From NCBI RefSeq assembly GCF_044704955.1, contig NC_091999.1, positions 6,758,001 to 6,822,000 of the forward strand: a stretch of DNA of 64,000 nucleotides. Reading direction: 5' to 3'. The stretch is from Pristiophorus japonicus. Taxonomy: Eukaryota. Positions 59,205 through 64,000 of the stretch are shown piece after piece. The translations under genes and the position numbers were made by a program. A model generated the notes under the pieces. It searched no databases, was not told the origin of the DNA, and was given only the letters and a program-made list of their open reading frames with translations. Every line of letters starts with the position of its first letter. Within the stretch, counting starts at the first letter, position 1.

Positions 59205-59688
59205 CAGCTGTGTCTCAGTGGGCAGCACACTCTCTCTCTCTCTCTCTCTCGCTCACAGTCAGAAGGTCGTGGGTTCAAGTCCCACTCCAGGAACTTGAGC
59301 ACAAAAATCTCGGCTGACACTCCCAGTGCAGTGCTGAGGGAGTGCCGCACTGTCGGGGGTGCCGTCTTTCGGATGAGACGTTAAACCGAGGCCCCGTCTG
59401 CTCTCTCGGGTGGACGTAATAGATCCCAGGGCAGTATTTGGAAGAAGAGCAGGGGGAGTTATCCCCGGGGTCCTGGGGCCAATATTTATCCCTCAATCAA
59501 CATAACAAAAAAACAGATTATCTGGGTCATTATCACATTGCTGTGTGTGGGAGCTTGCTGTGCACAAATTGGTGTTTCCCACACATTACAACAGTGACTG
59601 CACTCCAAAAGTACTTAATTGGCTGTAAAGCGCTTTGGGACGTCTGGTGGTGGTGAAAGGCGCTATATAAATGCAAGTCTGTCTTTCT
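59205..59688 (+). mobile_element. Full-length, unexpanded tRNA-headed Deu-domain SINE
   Basis: A-box-like TGTCTCAGTGG, B-box GGTTCAAGTCC, Deu core GCCGTCTTTCGGATGAGACGTTAAACCGAGG, L2-like tail GGCGCTATATAAATGCAAGTC. Confidence 0.85.
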
Positions 59689-59864
59689 AACCTCCTTTCT
59701 AAGATCGGTTCCCGTCATTAACAATCTGTGCGCTATTCCTGTAACTGGTAATCCATTAAACTCCTTCCTGCTGCCGGTGTGTCTACGATCTATTAGTTAT
59801 ACCCTCTGCACCCCACCAGAACCAGCTCTCGCCTGACTTTATCGAACTCTCCGATTAACGTGGC

Positions 59865-61023
59865 AGGGGCAGCGTGGATACGGGATTGGCTGAGTGACCG
59901 GAAACGGAGAGTAGGGGTGAACGGTTGTTTCTCGGACTGGAGGAAGGTGTACAGTGGTGTTCCCCAGGGGTCAGTACTGGGACCACTGCCTTTTCCTGAG
60001 ATATATTAATGACTTGGCCTTGGGAGTACAGGGCACAATTTCAACATGTGCGGATGACACAAAACTTGGAAGTGTAGTGAACAGTGAGGAGGGCAGGGGA
60101 TCGACTTCAACAAGACACAGACAGGCTGCTGGGACGGGCGGACTCGTGGCAGGTGGAATTTAACGCAGAAACGTGCAAAGTGATGCATTTTAGTCGTACG
60201 ATCGAGGAGAGGCGATATACACTGACGGGTACAATCCTAAAGGGGGTGCATGATCAGAGAGACCTGGGGGTATATGGGCACAGATCCGTGGAGGTGGCTG
60301 GGCAGGTTGGGAAAGCAGTTAAAGCTAACGGGATCCTGGGTTTCATAAATAGAGGCACAGAGCACAAAAGGGAGGGACGTGATGATGAACACTGGCTCGA
60401 CCCCAACTGGAGTATTGTGTCCAATTCTGGGCAGAGAAGGTGAAGGGGAGCTTGACCAGAATCTCCGCAAATCCCCCGGGAGGACAGACGCACCAACGTT
60501 AGCGTCCTCGACCAGGCCCAACATCCCCAGCATCGAAGCACTGACCACACACTCGACCAGCTCCGCTGGGCAGGGCCACATTGTCCGCATGGCCCCCAGA
60601 CACGAGACTCCCAAAGCGAGCGCTCTACTCGGGAACTCCTTCACGGCAAACAAGCCAAAGGTGGGCAGAGGAAACGTTACAAGGGCCCACCCTCAAAGCC
60701 TCCCTGATAAAGTGCAACATCCCCACCGACACCTGGGAGTCCCTGGGCCCAAAGATCAGTCCCGCCCTAAGTGGAGGAAGTGCATCCGGGAGGGGCGCTG
60801 AGCACCTCGAGTCTCGTCGCCGAGAGCGCGCAGAAAGCAAGCGCAGGCAGCGGAAGGAGCGTGCGGCAAACCAGTCCCACCCTCCCCTTCCCTCAACCAC
60901 TGTCTGTCCCACCTGTGACAGGGACTGTGGTTCCCGTATTGGGCTGTTCAGTCACCTAAGGACTAATGTTTAGAGTGGAAGCAAGTCTTCCTCGATTCCG
61001 AGGGACTGCCTATGATGATGATG
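59865..61023 (+). mobile_element. CR1 fragment (~59865-60440) followed by an RTE 3' fragment (~60460-61023)
   Basis: ADDTKLG motif; RTE C2H2 finger and (GAT)n tail. Confidence 0.85.
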
Positions 61024-61084
61024 TGTGATGCAGCGCCACTCACTGGGCATCGCCTGCTCTGCATTTGTATAACTTCGATATTTA

Positions 61085-62118
61085 CTGTCTGGGGGGCAGT
61101 ACTGAGGGAGTGCCGCACTGTCGGAGGGGCAGTACTGAGGGAGAGCCGCACTGTCGGAGGGGCAGTACTGAGGGAGAGCCGCACTGTCGGAGGGGCAGTT
61201 CTGAGGGAGCGCCGCACTGTCGGAGGGGCAGTACTGAGGAAGAGCCGCACTGTCGGAGGGGCAGTACTGAGGGAGAGCCGCACTGTCGGAGGGGCAGTAC
61301 TGAGGGAGAGCCGCACTGTCGGAGGGGCAGTTCTGAGGGAGCGCCGCACTGTCGGAGGGGCGGTACTGAGGGAGCGCCGCACTGTCGGAGGGGCAGTACT
61401 GAGGGAGCGCCGCACTGTCGGAGGGGCGGTACTGAGGGAGCGCCGCACTGTCGGAGGGGCAGTACTGAGGGAGCGCCGCACTGTCGGAGGGGCGGTACTG
61501 AGGGAGCGCCGCACTGTCGGAGGGGCAGTACTGAGGGAGCGCCGCACTGTCGGAGGGGCAGTACTGAGGGAGCACCGCACTGTCGGAGGGGCAGTACTGA
61601 GGGAGCGCCGCACTGTGGGAGGGGCAGTACTGAGGGAGCGCCGCACTGTGGGAGGGGCAGTACTGAGGGAGCACCGCACTGTCGGAGGGGCAGTACTGAG
61701 GGAGAGCCGCACTGTCGGAGGGGCAGTACTGAGGGAGCGCCGCACTGTCGGAGGGGCAGTACTGAGGGAGCGCCGCACTGTCGGAGGGGCAGTACTCAGG
61801 GAGCGCCGTACTGTCGGAGGGGCAGTACTGAGGGAGCGCCGCACTGTCGGAGGGGCAGTACTCAGGGAGCGCCGTACTGTCGGAGGGGCAGTACTGAGGG
61901 AGCGCCGTACTGTCGGAGGGGCAGTACTGAGGGAGCGCCACACTGTCGGAGGGGCAGTACTCAGGGAGCGCCGTACTGTCGGAGGGGCAGTACTGAGGGA
62001 GCGCCGCACTGTCGGAGGGGCAGTACTGAGGGAGCGCCGCACTGTCGGAGGGGCAGTACTGAGGGAGCGCCGCACTGTCGGAGGGGCAGTACTGAGGGAG
62101 CGCCGCACTGTCGGAGGG
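61085..62118 (+). repeat. 33-bp Deu-SINE-derived minisatellite (~31 units)
   Basis: Same unit as at 18.6, 39.1 and 52.7 kb. Confidence 0.95.
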
Positions 62119-63044
62119 TGCAAGGGCAAGATTGATTAAATGGCTATTATGTCGGCCCGGATCTGGCTAAACAGAAGGTATGCTTAAAACTGCATGTACA
62201 CAAGATGACCACTCATTGACCTTAGGCTCAAGGCAGCAATATAATATAAGGTGAGTGACACTTGGAAGGAGAGACCAAATGGGTATCTGGCCATGGGTTG
62301 GAACAACCAATCACGCCACGGTTCGGGAGGACACCCATGCGCTAGCCCTGTATAATTAAGGTGCAATTTGAACAGCTCGTTGGAGATTGTCGCTCAGGCG
62401 GCTGAGAATTGAGATACCCCCCCCTCCCCGTGTTGGAATTAAAGTCATTGAAAGTTGCCCAAGGTGTCGATCTGTTGAATGCGGGGTTGTTGAGAGAGGA
62501 GAAGGGCGATGCTCCCCATCAGCTGGCGTAGTCGGCAGGATACAGGCTCGCTGACCCGAAAACGACGTGAGTACGTTTCAAATACCACCTGCCAGTTTGA
62601 GATGTTACACTCTTTACGGGAAAAGCGGAAGTCGGTAGATAGATCAAATTAACGGGCCACAGAGCGAACAGAGACCACGGCATAAGGATCCGAGTCGGCT
62701 CTAGCGTGGTCAACGTACGAACGAACACGGATCGGTCAGGAGACGCGACGGAGGTACAAGAGAAGCCCACTAAGGGAAAGGTGGCCCCTTAGGGATCGTA
62801 GAAGCGGCCGGCGAACATGACCGGGGACCCGAGGGATCTGTCGGGAAAACGCAAGCAGATAAAAAGATGAAACTGATTGAGGGAATGAAGACAAAAGGGG
62901 ATGGCAACCAGACAGCCCACCGGAGAGGCAGGCAAAGTGGTGGGGGAGTGGGGGGTGCCAGCCAAGAAATAAAGGGGTCCGGGCTGTTGTGGTAATATTA
63001 GCCTGCTATCGGGAACAAAACAACGAGACAGAAAGAACAAATCA

Positions 63045-63795
63045 GATAATACAGGAAAGGTGTGATTGCACTGGAAAGGGTGCAGAGATTTACAAGAAGG
63101 TTGCCTGGGACTGGAGAATTTTGGCTGTGCGGAAAGATTCGAGATGCTGGGACTTTTCTTTGGAGCAGAGGAGGCCTGAGGGGAGACGTTATTGAGGCGT
63201 GTAGAATTAGGTAGTGCCTCGATAGAGTGATAGGAAGGCCCTGTTTCCTTTGGTGGAGAGGTCAACAGCCGGGGAGCATAGGTTTAAAGTAACTGAAGGG
63301 AGGCTTAGAGGAGATATGATAGCGATCAGAAATTGTAAATGATTTAAGGAATAATGGATAAATAGTTACAGAAACATAGAAAACATAGAAAATAGCTGCA
63401 GGAGTCGGCCATTCGGCCCTTCGAGCCTGCACCACCATTCAATGAGTTCATGGCTGAACATGCAACTTCAGTACCCCCTTCCTGCTTTCTCGCCATACCC
63501 CTTGATCCTCCGAGTTGTAAGGACTACATCTAACTCCCTTTTGAATATATTTAGTGAATTGGCCTCAACTACTTTCTGTGGTAGAGAATTCCACAGGTTC
63601 ACAACTCTCTGAGTGAAGAAGTTTCTCCTCATCTCGGTCCTAAATGGCTTACCCCCTTATCCTTAGCCTGTGACCCCTGGTTCTGGACTTCCCCAACATC
63701 GGGAACATTCTTCCTGCATCCAACCTGTCCAGTCCCGTCAGAATTTTAAACCTTTCTATGAGGTCCCCTCTCATTCTCCTGAACTCCAGTGAATC
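63045..63795. mobile_element. Degenerate CR1 (+, ~63045-63320) and CR1 3' end (-, ~63370-63795)
   Basis: The - copy closely resembles the 3' end of the CR1 at 35088. Confidence 0.85.
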
Positions 63796-64000
63796 AAAAG
63801 GAGAAAAGGGAGGATCAAGGTTTCTTTCTTACTGTTCTCGTGTTTTCCTTTGATGTTTCGGTAAAGTTTTAGGAAAGCATGTTCCTTTGTTTGGCTCCTC
63901 CCCCTTTTCCAAGTGGCATTGGGAAGTTTAATATCGGAGTTACTGGGGTTAATTAACCTATTACAAACCAGACTTTTATTATGGCCATGATGAAATTCTG

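Noticed and set aside
59205-59290. tRNA gene
   Set aside because: The A/B boxes belong to a SINE head interrupted by a (CT)n run and followed by the Deu core; no intact cloverleaf.
60963-62139. Long repetitive ORFs on both strands (also at 18.5-19.4, 39.0-39.7 and 52.8-53.7 kb)
   Set aside because: Products of a 33-bp SINE-derived tandem unit lacking stops in most frames.
62575-62595. Possible tRNA-Leu PBS (ttcaaataccacctgcca)
   Set aside because: Imperfect match with indels, and no recognisable LTR end or gag nearby.

Overview
Eukaryotic, repeat-dense vertebrate DNA, most likely a cartilaginous fish (inferred from CR1/HER1-like LINEs, Deu-domain tRNA SINEs, RTE, L2, Tx1 and Mag-like Gypsy elements). 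It is not prokaryotic and has no CRISPR array. Two host genes can be built on the + strand. (1) Purine nucleoside phosphorylase (PNP): a CpG-rich promoter (~33.8-34.0 kb) and coding exons 1-3 (34832-34854, 42328-42497, 43287-43390), with intron phases and exon 2/3 sizes matching vertebrate PNP. Exons 4-6 are not seen and probably lie in the 200-N gap at 46318-46517. (2) After that gap, the 3' half of an unnamed immunoglobulin-superfamily type I membrane gene: a C1-set domain exon, a TM exon and two cytoplasmic exons with compatible phases. This is the best candidate for an undescribed system, possibly a non-rearranging antigen-receptor-like gene. The window opens with the 5' end of a class I (gamma/epsilon-like) endogenous retrovirus on the - strand (LTR, perfect tRNA-Gln PBS, decayed gag). 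There are two decayed Gypsy proviruses with TSDs, a solo LTR just behind the TM exon, many nested LINE/SINE fragments, and many minisatellites that visibly grew from short segments inside SINEs and LINEs. Most long ORFs in the supplied track are repeat artefacts. All assignments come from motif recognition; no database search was run.
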